A stretch of 64,000 bases of DNA. It comes from Magallana gigas (Eukaryota). Positions within the stretch are counted from its first letter, which is position 1, and each line of letters starts with the position of its first letter. The notes beneath the pieces were generated by a model. That model saw nothing but the letters and a program-made list of their open reading frames with translations. It made no database searches and was not told where the DNA came from. A program made the position numbers and the translations under genes. Location: contig NC_088854.1 of the NCBI RefSeq assembly GCF_963853765.1, positions 13,330,001 to 13,394,000 on the forward strand. Direction: 5' to 3'. Positions 11,615 through 24,400 of the stretch are shown one piece after another.

Positions 11615-12460
11615 ACATAAACATATAATTATAAAATTACTAAGTGGAAATCTTCACATTGTGGAGTTAGGAAAAAATGGAAGATAGGTCACGTCTGATC
11701 CTAAAGCTGTACTTACCAAAATTACTAGGCTTATATGAGAGTATTTTCAAGTCTTTTTAATGTATAAAAACAAAACAACAAAAGCATTTATTGTAGTTTC
11801 TTATTAGTCAGATAGACTTATAACTCGAAAAAGTGTGTTTCTTGGTCCTTCAACACCTATGTGAGATATAATACATTCGATTTAAGAGCCAGATGGTGTC
11901 ACTACTTAGTATTAGAAATTCAAACAATGGCCTTTTATGTTGACATATTTTTATTACTGAGTGGGACACACTAAATATGCGTACACTTATAGCTTACTTG
12001 CATTTATGGAATAACTTCAATTGGTAAGCTATATATAACAATTGATTATTATATTTAAAAAGACAAAACGTTTGAAGGTTGACAATTTTGAAAGATCCGC
12101 GCCAAAACAAGTCCGTAGAACATGGATTTTCCCCCCAAAAAACGAAAATAATAATAGAAGTGCACTAAGTACTATTTTATAAATAGCCTGAAATATTTAC
12201 ATAATGATGAATAAATATAGTTTTTTTTCATTATCAAAATGTACATGATATATGATTAAGACAACCTTCACATATTTTCGTTTTGTTAATTTATGCACAC
12301 TTCGCTACCGTACTTTCATTTCTTGCATGACATTATTTTTACGTCTTGTGAAAAAAAGACAGTTAATAATCTTACTGTAAAGAAAATTGAATCGCGTAAA
12401 TGTTGCATTGAGTCACAGGATGTGTAGGTTAGATATGTTATATGAAAACTAGTAGAAAAA

Positions 12461-15400
12461 ATGGCGACTTTGCAGATTTCTCCGGCATCGAGGAGCGAAC
12501 TGGCCAAGTTCCTGGCTGGGGATATTCTGAGGGACAAATTCCACAACCTATTTCAGTGGTGTGACGAAGAGAGCATCAAGAACAAGTAAGTATGGGGAAT
12601 TTGTGAGCAAGGATAAGTCTGGAAGTGAACCGATCTTTCAATTTTTATTTCTAAAATTGGAATTGTCTTTTTCATACATGCATAATATTTATTAAAATTT
12701 TCTGGTTTTGCCACACTCAGCCTCATTGATATTGTGCTAAGGATGTTTGATAATATCTGAATGATTTTAAAAAAGAGATGACCACAAAAATAAAAATAAT
12801 TATAGGACTCGAGCAAAATTGATGTTAGATAAGATGTCTGGGAAATGACTAATCCCCTATAAATAATGCTAATGAATTGTATCAAATTTCTACCATCTTT
12901 ACATGGTATGTTAATTTGCAAAGTATAAAAGAGTTTAGAGATAATTAAAGTTGCATGTTCCACTATGATGTCTTTGCCCAATTGTATCATAATATTTTAT
13001 CTCTTACATATCTTTGTTGAAACTGTCTCGAAATGCAGATTTGATTCTTATTGTATTAATTTTTACTTTATTTTTTATATTTCATTTTTGTTGTTCATTA
13101 CTATTTTTCTACAAGACTGTTTTGACTTCAAGCTTAATTTTAGAATGCGGATCCATCTATTTTTTTCACCTTTATTTTGATCATCAAAATTATACAAATG
13201 AATTAAGCCAGGTGATGATTAAATACTAAGAACCCAATGTTTTGGGATTATGAGATGACAATATCATTCGAAACTATTTACAATGCATTAACTTCAAAGG
13301 AAAGAATTATTGACAATAACTTTCTAACATATCCATGATGAATCGTCCTTTATTATTTAATGTGTCGTTTTGTGTAAGTTTGAGTTTACACTGCTCTGCC
13401 CTGATAATTATAGATTTATTAATGGTATTACATGTACTAGATAAGAATAGTTTAAAGAGCATTTGTATATTTTGTAAATAGATTTATGGAGGTAACAATT
13501 CTTAGAAATTAAGGCAGAGAAGTAGAATATGATATGAAAAATTCATATCAATAAGATCTCTGTGTCAGTATAAGAACTTCAAGGCAGTTTAAAAAGGAAT
13601 GCAAATATTCAAATGTAGACAAATTGAACAAAACTGGTTGGAATGTGAAGTGGTTTTGTCGTAAATCTGTTTGAACAAAACTGGTTGGAAGAAATATTCA
13701 GTAGATGTAAATATTCTAGTTTGACTTTGTTACATTCCTCTCTTTTCTGTTTTGTGAAAGCAACATTAGATAGTACTCAGGATAACTTTACAAAGACATT
13801 CAATTTCTGCATGTTGATTTTACTCGTTTCACTAACCAATTTCATGTACACGTACATTTACATATCAAAACCATTTATGATATTTCAGCGCTCGAAGTTG
13901 CGAAGAATAAGGTCGCATATGCGACTTAAATTCAGGATCTGCGACTTAAATGAAAAGCCAGTCGCCATTTTGCGACCAAAAATATCTGCCCGGTTTATTT
14001 TCAAAAATTTTACACCGGGTTCAAATCTTTCAAAAATTAAAAATGGTGGACTATTTAAACAATATGGCATGTTTCAGTCCTATATTAATCTATACAAAGA
14101 CAAGACTTCATCCGATGGAAGTTTTATATGCAAAACCGCTTGAGACAAATATGTTTAGTAATGTTTATGAGACTTTAACATATCGAGAAGGTAATGTAGC
14201 GCGACCGAGCATGCGGTCTTATTTCTCCACTATTCTCTATAAATTAATCCATTTTAATTCACCTCTAATTTCCTTCTTTGGTAGTGTAAATAAAAGTCCA
14301 ATTATCTATTAACAAATTTATTCCGTTTTTACATATTAACAATTTACACAAACATAGGTCACTTTCTAAATCTGCCTCTCGAACTACTCTACCTACTCTC
14401 ACGCTTTCACCCATATATATACATAACGGGGGCAGCTCCGCCGGAGCTGCTAGTACCCGGCAGCTCCTCGGTAGCTGCCGATCACTGATTACGTAATACA
14501 CATACACACGCTGTTGTTGACAAACAAATCACTCTCTACAGTAAGCTTATTTTGTTACGCCTATGTGAAAGAATTCCATACGATATATTCTTTTTACGTT
14601 TCAATCAAAACAAAGTACAATTTTGAAGATTTTGTAGACTTGTCTCCCAAGAATCAATGTGAAGAAAACTTCTAGTGCCAAAAAATATTATTATACATGT
14701 AATGAGTATGATGTGTCATTTTTGATTGGATATTAATTTTTGCCAGACGTGAAACAATAAATAAAAACCTTTTTAACAAATTGAACACACTTCTTTTATT
14801 ATTTTTTACAGTACATTTAATGAGAGAAAATATGCAGATATCTTAATGCTACATAAAGTTTCACTACTTGCGACCTGAATTTGAAAATGGTGACTAAAAT
14901 TCATAGCAGGTTGCCATTTGGCGACTTTGTCTAAAAGTCTACTTTGAGTCCTGTATTTTATGTAGAAAAGTGGTGTATGAAGTAATTAAAGATGTACAAT
15001 TTCAGAATTTATGTGACAAAGTATTTTATTTTTAAGGAAACTGAAAAATGATAAGAGGAAAGGGAAAAAGAAAAGCAAACTCAAATCAAAAGAAAAGAAA
15101 AACAAGGTACGTTCATTTAATAAGATTACTGTTATATAACTTTTTAGGATTATTTATTTATATCCTACATTTTACTATTCAATATTTCAGAAATTTTGCC
15201 CAATTTTCCATATTTAAATTTTTTTTATATGCTATGAAAAGGATGCCATATTTGTAAATTTTTAATGCAAGTGTTCAAATGAACTTTGAGAGATATTATA
15301 CTCTTTTCACTCAGCAAAGAGACAAGAGTCCCGAGTCGACAGAGATCAGGCGGATTAGTGTTGACCTCTATGCCAACCCGTCCCTGTTCACTGTGTACGC

Positions 15401-18400
15401 AGCGGTCAGACAAACAGTGCTGGAACAGTGCATGAATGAGGCCACCCATATCTATCACCAGAGTATCTCCCCCACCACTGACTCAGACAGCGATGAAGAT
15501 GGGGAGGAAAAGTCTAAAGAGCTGGCCATTAAACTGCCAAAGGTATGAACCACTGTGCCACCATTGATATTCTAACATCATTTATTCAGTGCTGAAAAGA
15601 TGATAGCTGTGGTTTAGTTTAATAATACATACAAGTAAAAGTAAATTCACAAGCTCCATAATTCTGACAACATATGATTTATCAATACATTGTACATGTA
15701 CTTTTTTCAGTGGGTTAGTTATTATTTTCTCTCTTATTACCTTAATTTAGAACAATCACAAATCTTAAAAAGTTGCTAGTGGATTTTTTTATATCTGACA
15801 GATTGTTGGTCTTGGCCTCTGTGGTGTGTTTGAGTTGATTCGAGAGACCAGAATCAAGTACCCAGAGCTGTGTGTGAAGGCCCTGCGAGCATTGTTAGAC
15901 CTGTTACAGGGCCAGTACCCCGAGAGCATGAAGTCAGAACCAGTGGATGTGGTCTGTAAGTCAACCTTACTCCATTAATCTGTTTTTTAGTATGCTGAAT
16001 TAGATTTATTAATTTTTTTCTTTACAATAAAATGAATGCTGTATTAATTCAATGTAAAGAATTGCTTAAATGCAAGATTATTTAAGATTTGTTTGTGTAT
16101 CATTTTTCCAAAATTCATCATTTCAAAAAAATGAATGGATAATTAATAAAAAATGTGATGATGATTCTGATTGGTTAATCAGCTGGGCTGTTTGAGCTGT
16201 TGATGGAGCTGACCTGTGACCTTGGCCCTGACCCAGACCTGCCATCCCTGGCCTGCTCCTCCCTGATTAGTCTGGTGATAGCCCTGGGGGACACTAGTAA
16301 AATACTCACTGCTGTGTCAGCCATACTGATGAACCCTCGACCTCATCTGTCTTATCACATTGTGGTTTGTATTTTTATTTTTTATTTTTTCATTTACAAT
16401 TTTCAGTCTGCATCTTCAAAAATTATTTATTTTTTCTGCTTTGATTCTCAATTTTAGCAGAAAAAATAAATTACTTGTATTTTTCTGGTAGATATGTTAC
16501 AAATACCAGGTAGGTGTTAAATACATGCATCTGTGTTTTGTGTTAGGTGCCCGGTATCCTGACCCTGTTACAGAGGAGCGTACAGGCGGTACTCCTTGGT
16601 AAATCAGCGCTGCCTGATTGGTTCAGTCAGGGAATCAAAGCAGCGGCCAGGATCAACAAGTTCCAAGTGGAGGCTCTAGTGGGTCACCATCACAGTATGT
16701 ATGAGACACAGACAAAGAGACCAAGCTTTCACTGTAATCTGATAGTTGTATACTGCTATATTCTGCTGTACGCAAGGATGTGGTAATGGTTTTTGAGTTG
16801 CAAGTATATGTATGTGTGATGGTTCTACATCTTTAATAGTCTGTTTGTTCATGAAAAACTTTTTGAAAGTAGCTAAGAGTTGATTGATATATTGAAATAC
16901 CTCGGTATATTTTTCTCAACAACCTTTATAATCGCTATTGGGTTTTTAAAGAAACTTGATATAAGAAATGTAGAGATACCTTGAGGTTATTTTGATGAAA
17001 GTATGATAACAAGTAAGACAAACATTTGATATAGAATATAATGTCTGCCAATTTTTGGGTTACAAGGTGCATTGTACATTTTACATTGTATGTCTACTTT
17101 TTTCACTTCCTTTTCATCAAATAAATGGTAGTGACAGGAGAATGATTCTTATACTTTATAGCCAACCAGTTTTAGAATAATTACAAATATATTGTTATAA
17201 AACATTGAAGATACATGTATAACAAAATTAATTTCAAAGGCATATCAGTTTTATAATTTCCTGTACATTTAATGTGTCTCTCTTTATAGCCAATGGTTTA
17301 AACAACATTCCTAGTGCTGTATCCTGTGATGGCCAGTATCTGTATATATTAAACTCCAGTGGACTGTTCAAGGTCGGGTCTGGATACGGCTCAACCATCA
17401 AGGTATTGGTCAATGCAGCATCCGTATCGTTCATTAATTGTAGTTGAAAGGTATTTCACTATAAGAATTCTTTTTAAAAAAAGGGTTTTAAAAAAGGTAT
17501 TTACATTTACATGTGTGTGTGTTTAGGGACATGTGTATCAACAAAGAGAAGATTTTCCAGGAACTGCTAATGTTTGGCTGGCTTATGCAGGGGTAAGTAC
17601 ATGTACATGTATTAAGTTATGCATTTAAGATGACAGTCAGAAAGCATCAACAGTCCCATACTGCTGATACAGGACAAAATCTAATGAGTCTGCAGAGAAG
17701 TGTGTGTACATTGAAAAAATACTTTGACCAGTCAAATATATGGTTGTCATCCATATGCTTTCAAAAGAAATGGAAATTGAATTTGGCATTTTCTGTGTCA
17801 CAGGGAAAGCTGTTCTGTCGCTGTGATGATAATGCCCATCCCCAGTTGTGTGTGGTGGATCCAAAATCTTTAGAAGTTCTGTCTTCCTGCAAAATGGATG
17901 GTAAGTACTGGTATAGATTATTGCATACATATAAAGTTTGACTAAAGTTTTCTTAAATTTTTGATCTTATAAGGAGTCGTATGTATGTTTACATATGGAT
18001 AAATGTTTTCAGGGAAAAACAATGGACCAAGTGCTCTCTTCAGTGATGGAGAATACATTGGCCAGATAGCTGCTGCAAAGGATGTAAGGCTTGCACGGAT
18101 GATTAAATGTTGGACTGATTTTATCACTAGTATACATATGATAAACATTTTATACTATTTCTTAAACAATGATGTGCATAGTGGAAAATTAATTTAATGT
18201 AATGTTGGCCTTGGTCTGTTATATAGGATTCATTTGTGGTGAGAATGTTTGACCCTAACAAGACTCCAATGACTGTTGTGAATGAGATTCCACTAAAGCT
18301 AACCAGAAAGTGTCTAGAAGTGCTGGGCCAGTCAGGCTATGATAATGAAATCAACCGACACCCCATTGGTAAGTGGTTCATCAATATTAAACTTAAATTT

Positions 18401-21400
18401 CTTGGCAAAGTTATTCATCCTTTCAAAATGATAACATGTACATGTAAATTCATGATTCCACAAAGTGGATATCAAATCTCAAGAACAATTAATTTGAATG
18501 ATGTTTGCAAATTCCTGTGATTTTTTTAACATGTATGCTTTACAGAACTTAAACATGATTGTTAATATCTATTCTTATTATGTATTGAACATCAATGTTT
18601 GTACTTGTTGTTTTCAGTAACCTCCTTTGATGAAGAATCGGCCTGTATTACTGCTGGGAAAGAGTTTGCTCTGATCAGAACTGTTGGTGGAAAGGTTTGG
18701 ATACATCTCCATTGCTGCATTATCCATGTATCCACATATTTCTAATACATGTAATCTATTGAAGTAGGCAAGCTTGACATTCATCTTTATTTATAGGTGA
18801 TCTACACTGGCAAGTCTCAGTGCCTGGGTATCAAGCAAGGAGGCCCCGCCCAGGGGAAGTGGGCGGAGTTACCCATCACTAAGTCCCCCAAGATTACACA
18901 GGTGGTCACTGGACACGAGGGGCTTCATGCTCTGATGGTAGCGGAGGACGGGAGTGTGTTCTTTGTGGGGACGTCTCGGAGGGGAGAAGACGGGGACACC
19001 AGTGTCTGTAAGTGAGGGGGACACCATAATCTTGGCAAGATTTGTCAAGACTAAAAATTTTGTACCGACATCTCATCTTGACATCTGACCAATGTCCCAC
19101 AAAATGATTCAAGAAATCTTGCATCAACTTAGACTGCTTGTTAGGATTAAAATTAGTTGAATTTTTTCCCATGTCTGATTCAAATTTTCACTGTGCAAGG
19201 AGAAGATGATTTTCAAAACTGTCCTTTGCATGTGTTTTTCTTGTTCCCTTTTTAAAAATCAGTAGTAAAACAGAAGTCAAATAATGGATTATGTTTATAT
19301 AAATCAACTGGTATCTGAAATAATACTATTTTCTTTTGTAAAGCAAAAGCCAGGAGACAACCAAAAGCTGTCAAACCCAGAAAGATGATTCGGTTGGAAA
19401 CAAGGCTTGTAGTGTATGCAGCCTGTAACAATGGAAGTAGTGCCGTAGTGACCAAGGAAGGACAACTCTTTATTTTCGGGAAGGACACCACCTTCTGTGA
19501 TCAAAGCAGTGGTAAGGCATTAACATAGATAAACATTTTGTTATTTTTCTGTTGAAATTTTCCATGCAGGACTGTTACTTGTAAATGTCTTTCATAAAAA
19601 TACTGCCATGAATTGTGTTACAATTATTTGCAGGTTTAGTTACAGACTTAAAGAAGCATGAAGTATCCCAGGTTGCCCTGGGCAAGGCCCATGTGGTAGC
19701 GCTAAGCAGTAAGGGTCAGGTTTTTACTTTTGGGATCAACAACAAAGGACAGTGTGGGAGGGATTTCCCATCAGCGGCCAGCAAAGAGGGTCAGTGTCTC
19801 ATCGTATAAAGTCTATAAACCTCTTACTGTTTAATGTTTTCTATAAACTTCACATTACAAACAGAAGTCATTACTCTATCTGTTTCTGCAATGATTTTTC
19901 CTTAGTGCAGTATTTTAACAATTCTGTCTTTTGTTTTAGTGATGAACAATGTAACAATGGCTGATGAGGAGGAAGAGACGGAGGCTGATGAGAACATCTG
20001 TCCACCAGGTAAAGGAACTTCCTTGGTTATCATTAAAACTTTTTACTAAATGAAGCAATTTTAAATTTTGAAAATAAATTTTAACTTGAAATAAACACTT
20101 ATTTGCACAAAAAAATTATATCTGTTCATATATACATGTATCTGTTCATATACTTTGAGCTGAAGATGTACATGTATTTTCTTAACTACTATTTCCAGGG
20201 AAACACAAGTGGAAGCATGACATGTGTATGCTGTGTTCTGTGTGTGGGAGGTGCACTGGTTACGGCGTAGACTGTGTCAACCAGGGTCAGGCGGACAGGA
20301 ACCCAGGGACAGCCTGTGGGTGTGGGGCAGGGGACTCGGGGTGCTCGGAGTGTGGGGTGTGTCGGACCTGTGCAGCTGAGGCCCCAGACATGGACGGGGA
20401 TGATATCGACAGACAAATACTGGAGAAAAGTAAAGAACTACTCAGCATTGATCTCATGCTAGGTACATGCATATGAACTAAGAAGGTTTTAGAGACTTGT
20501 TTTATTTTAGTTCAGTGGTGTATGCATGGGTTTTTATTTCTGTGGCCTGAAATTTCATGTACAGTAATTTGCCGAATATAATATGCAGTTGTGTATAATA
20601 CACACAACTTTCTAACAATGAAAGTAATTTTCTAGAAAAAATGCTTATCATAGTCGGCAAATTACGGTATCTAAATTTTTTGTTTAAATTTTATTCATTG
20701 TGTCTGTTCTCAGTAAAGACAGGTTTTATTCTCCTACTCTGTAGGCAAAAATGTTCCTGCTCATTTAGAACAGTTCTTTAAGTCTCTGGATTCCCCACAT
20801 CTGAGGAAGAAACTGATGCACTTGAAAGGAAACAAAAGCAAGAAAGGTTCGGGCTTTCATCAACTAGAAAATGTTTTGTTTTGAATCAATACTGGTTCTG
20901 AAAAAGTACATCCATGCAGGCAAAGTAGAAATAAAGTTAAGGTACCTCACTACACCCAGGCTTATACTTTTTAAGATACCACGTCACAAGATGGCGATTT
21001 AAATGTTTTGTTAAACTGTTTATATCGTTCGATTTGGTTGTATATCGTCGTAGCTCAGTGGCTTAAGTATTGGGCTTCTGAACCGCAGATCATGAGTTCG
21101 AATCCGCCGGGAGCTTTTGTTAATGTTAACTGAATTAAATTTTTGAAAATGTAATTTTTCATCTAAAATTGCACATTTTTTGCCTATTTGACTTAAATAC
21201 GTCTTATCCATTATGATATCTCTCATAATCAAGTAATTTTCTGCTGATTTGAGAAAATATCTCAAGGTGTAGTGAGCCACCTTAAGCACAAAGAATTGAC
21301 AACTTTATCAACTCTCTACATATACATGTATATTTTTATAAGTAAAATTTTGATAGATGTGGTTTGTACTTGTACATTTGATTAAAAATTTTTGAAGTTT

Positions 21401-24400
21401 TTGTTAGATTCTTAAGTTTAAAGCTTTTTGAAAAAGTGTTTGTGTCATGAACAGATTTAACAGACCAAGAGACAGATTACACCAAGACCAGCAGCCTCCC
21501 TCCCACAGAGCTGGATGTGGGCGGGGCTGACAACCCAGCCATCCAGATAGCTTGTGGACAACACCATACCGGTAAGTTGACAACTTAGATCTATATCAAG
21601 TATCACTAAATCATGCACATTATTATCAGTAGACTTCTGATATATAATTGATAAAATAATATCATGTCTAAAACAAGAGGAGTAATTGTACATATACCTG
21701 GGTGTTTGTGTGTTTCAGTGGTGCTGCTACAGAGTGGGGAGGTGTATACATTCGGCAGTAATCAGTACGGGCAGCTGGGTCAGGGAGATACCGCCGTCAA
21801 GTAAGTTCATCAAGTGGAATCTTTCTTAAGATTTCAATAAGTAATGTAATTGAGTGACTTTGTGAATACCACTTACCCATTAAGTTATTCTCTCCAAAAT
21901 GTACTATTATATGTGAATATTAATTTACGGAATTCAAAAAATTGTTTGAATACAAATGTTTATGCATGTTCATTAATTGTAATGTGAAAAATGAACCCTC
22001 GATTGTAAATGATTGCACAGTAATGAGTTAACAGACAGAAGCAAAACTGATAATAAGATGTAACATACATTGGTTCAAACTAAGAAAGGCATTTTCAGAG
22101 GTTGTGTTGGTAAAGTGTATTTGACTTTGTCATCTAACGGAATGTGTTGTTTCAGGGGTTGCCCTGTGTTGGTGCCGCTTCCACACCCAGCTGTTCAGGT
22201 AGCTGCTGGTAGCCACCATACTGTGGTGCTTCTGAACAATGGACAGGTGTATACATTTGGAAACCACCAGGTAATCTAAACACCAGAATTGAAAGCCCAA
22301 AAATCAATGAATAACTTGTATCGGATTTATCATTGCTTTGTGTAGAGAATAACAAGGTTGTATTCATAATTTACAGAAACATGCATTAGGCAGAGCAGGA
22401 CCAGATGAAGCCGGAGCGATGTCAAAGAAAGCTTTGTGGTATGCTGTACCAGGCCCTGTGCCAAGCATAGGTATGTTATCAAAAGAGAGTGATATAGGGT
22501 TTACAGCTATATTTTGATTCAGATCTTTTTACTCCATCTAAAGATTCCTTATTTTGGTGATTACAAAAACATGTACATGTTTATATGATTGGTTTTCAGC
22601 TGGTCAGGTATATGTGTACATGTATTTCAGCATTTATATCTGAATTTTTCAGGAGGGAAAGAAAAATATTTATCTGGAGTTCTGTTTGGTTAAATTGTTT
22701 TAACCCCCTCTCCCCCCCCCCCCCCCCCACAAAAAAAAACAAAACATAAAATGTTCTAGTTTCAGTAAATGAATGAAAATTTACATGCTCTAGTAATTAT
22801 ATGTATTATATGATGTGTAGGGGCCCGGTATGGAAGAAGAGCCACCTGGATTGGAGCAAATGGGGACCAGACATTCCTGAGAATTGATGAGTCCCTCATC
22901 AATGCCCACATCTTGGCAGCCTCCAAAGTGTTTGCCAACCAGAAAAGCATAGGTAATGCAGTTTTTAAATGTTTTAAATTGTAACAAGAATATCAGAACT
23001 GTCATTAAGTAATGGTGGAAAGGTTTGACTTCTTTTATTTGGTGCTCTACCTCTTGTTTCCTGTGTGTTTTGCTGAGACTGCGTGATTTTACAGGTCTGA
23101 TTCCTATTGGAGAGGAGAACACTGCTCTGATGAAATGTCTGATGATCAGCAAGGTGGACGGGAGTTGTCGCAGGTACTGGAGATAATCAGTCTGTAACGA
23201 ACCTCGATATCAAAGTAAAATTGTAGAAATTAAATTGTAAAAACTGTCAATGGGGAAATATTTATGCTGTTTATTATTCAATATGTGTACCATCTAAATT
23301 GATATGATTTAACTGTATTTTCCACACCACTGTGAATGTAACTCCATATACCTCAAGAAACCATGTTATCCATCTTGAATTCTTGATTATGAGAAGAAAA
23401 AAAATTATTACCCTATTATGTAACTAATCAGGCATTATCTGTGCATGTTTCAGTCTGGGGGGAGCGGAGCAGGAGGATCTCTCTAAGCATGCTGTTTGTC
23501 TGGATCCAGTCTACGATGTGTTATGGAGGTCAGCAATGCTCATTACATGTACTTCTGTACTGTTTAGAAGTTAATTGCCTGCTGGTATACCATATGTATT
23601 TGATTGAAGAAGTAAGAAAAACTGAACAAAATTTCAACATGAAAACATTTTCATTCAGTACATAATCTATTTTTAGCTACTTGCCCAGTAACCATGAGGT
23701 GTCCTGCTACAACTGCTTGGCCTCAGAGTCTCGGGCTTTGACCTGTGACCTATTTGAACCAGAGTTAGCAGTTCCAGTCAGAACTGGGTGCAGTACAACT
23801 AGATCTCACTGTGCCCTTCATATGTTAGGTCAGTCAGAACTATATGTACATGTAAATCTTTTGTTCATTCTAATTTACATCAATCATGATCAGTGTGATA
23901 AGAAATGATAGGTGTTCCAAATTTGTCCTTATATTTGGTTTGGTTTGTAGGGTGTTTGGATGTCCTAACCATGGCCCAACAGGCCAACTTGACAGTTGTG
24001 GAGGAAACCAAGGAGAAACAGGCCACCTCTAAAGTTTACACCAAAGATGACTTCACCATGGTCAACCGCTTCGAGAGTGAGTACATTTCAGATTGTTGGA
24101 AGTCTTGGTAGTGTTGTACATTAAATCAGAACCATTCATGTAAAAAAAAAAGAACAGATTACATAATATAAGTGCAAATGGGAGTGAAGTAGGTCAATTA
24201 AGTTTTTTTTAAAAATATGAACACTCTGTCTGACAATTTCTAACTAAATGTGGCTGTTGACAGGTCATGGAGGTGGATGGGGTTACTCAGGACATTCCAT
24301 AGAAGCCGTTCGCTTCATGTCAGACACCGATATCCTTCTGGGAGGATTTGGGCTTTTCGGTGGAAGGGGAGAATACTATGGCAGGATAAAGGTTTGTAAA

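Larger units (their letters stand above)
18618..23528 (+). other. MYCBP2: MYCBP2 RCC1-like (RLD) repeat-encoding exons
   Basis: RCC1-type motifs: [109 protein letters not shown]. Confidence 0.85.

Noticed and set aside
12409-12415. AP-1 site TGAGTCA 46 nt upstream of the MYCBP2 ATG (possible JNK feedback)
   Set aside because: A single 7-mer is expected by chance several times in 64 kb; there is no supporting evidence.
13685-14312. ORFs of 152 and 120 aa in intron 1 as a nested gene or transposase
   Set aside because: No recognisable motifs; they fall in a non-autonomous element and AT-rich flank.
21044-21118. Functional tRNA-Arg gene
   Set aside because: The acceptor and anticodon stems do not base-pair, and it sits inside a TIR element; reported as tRNA-like only.
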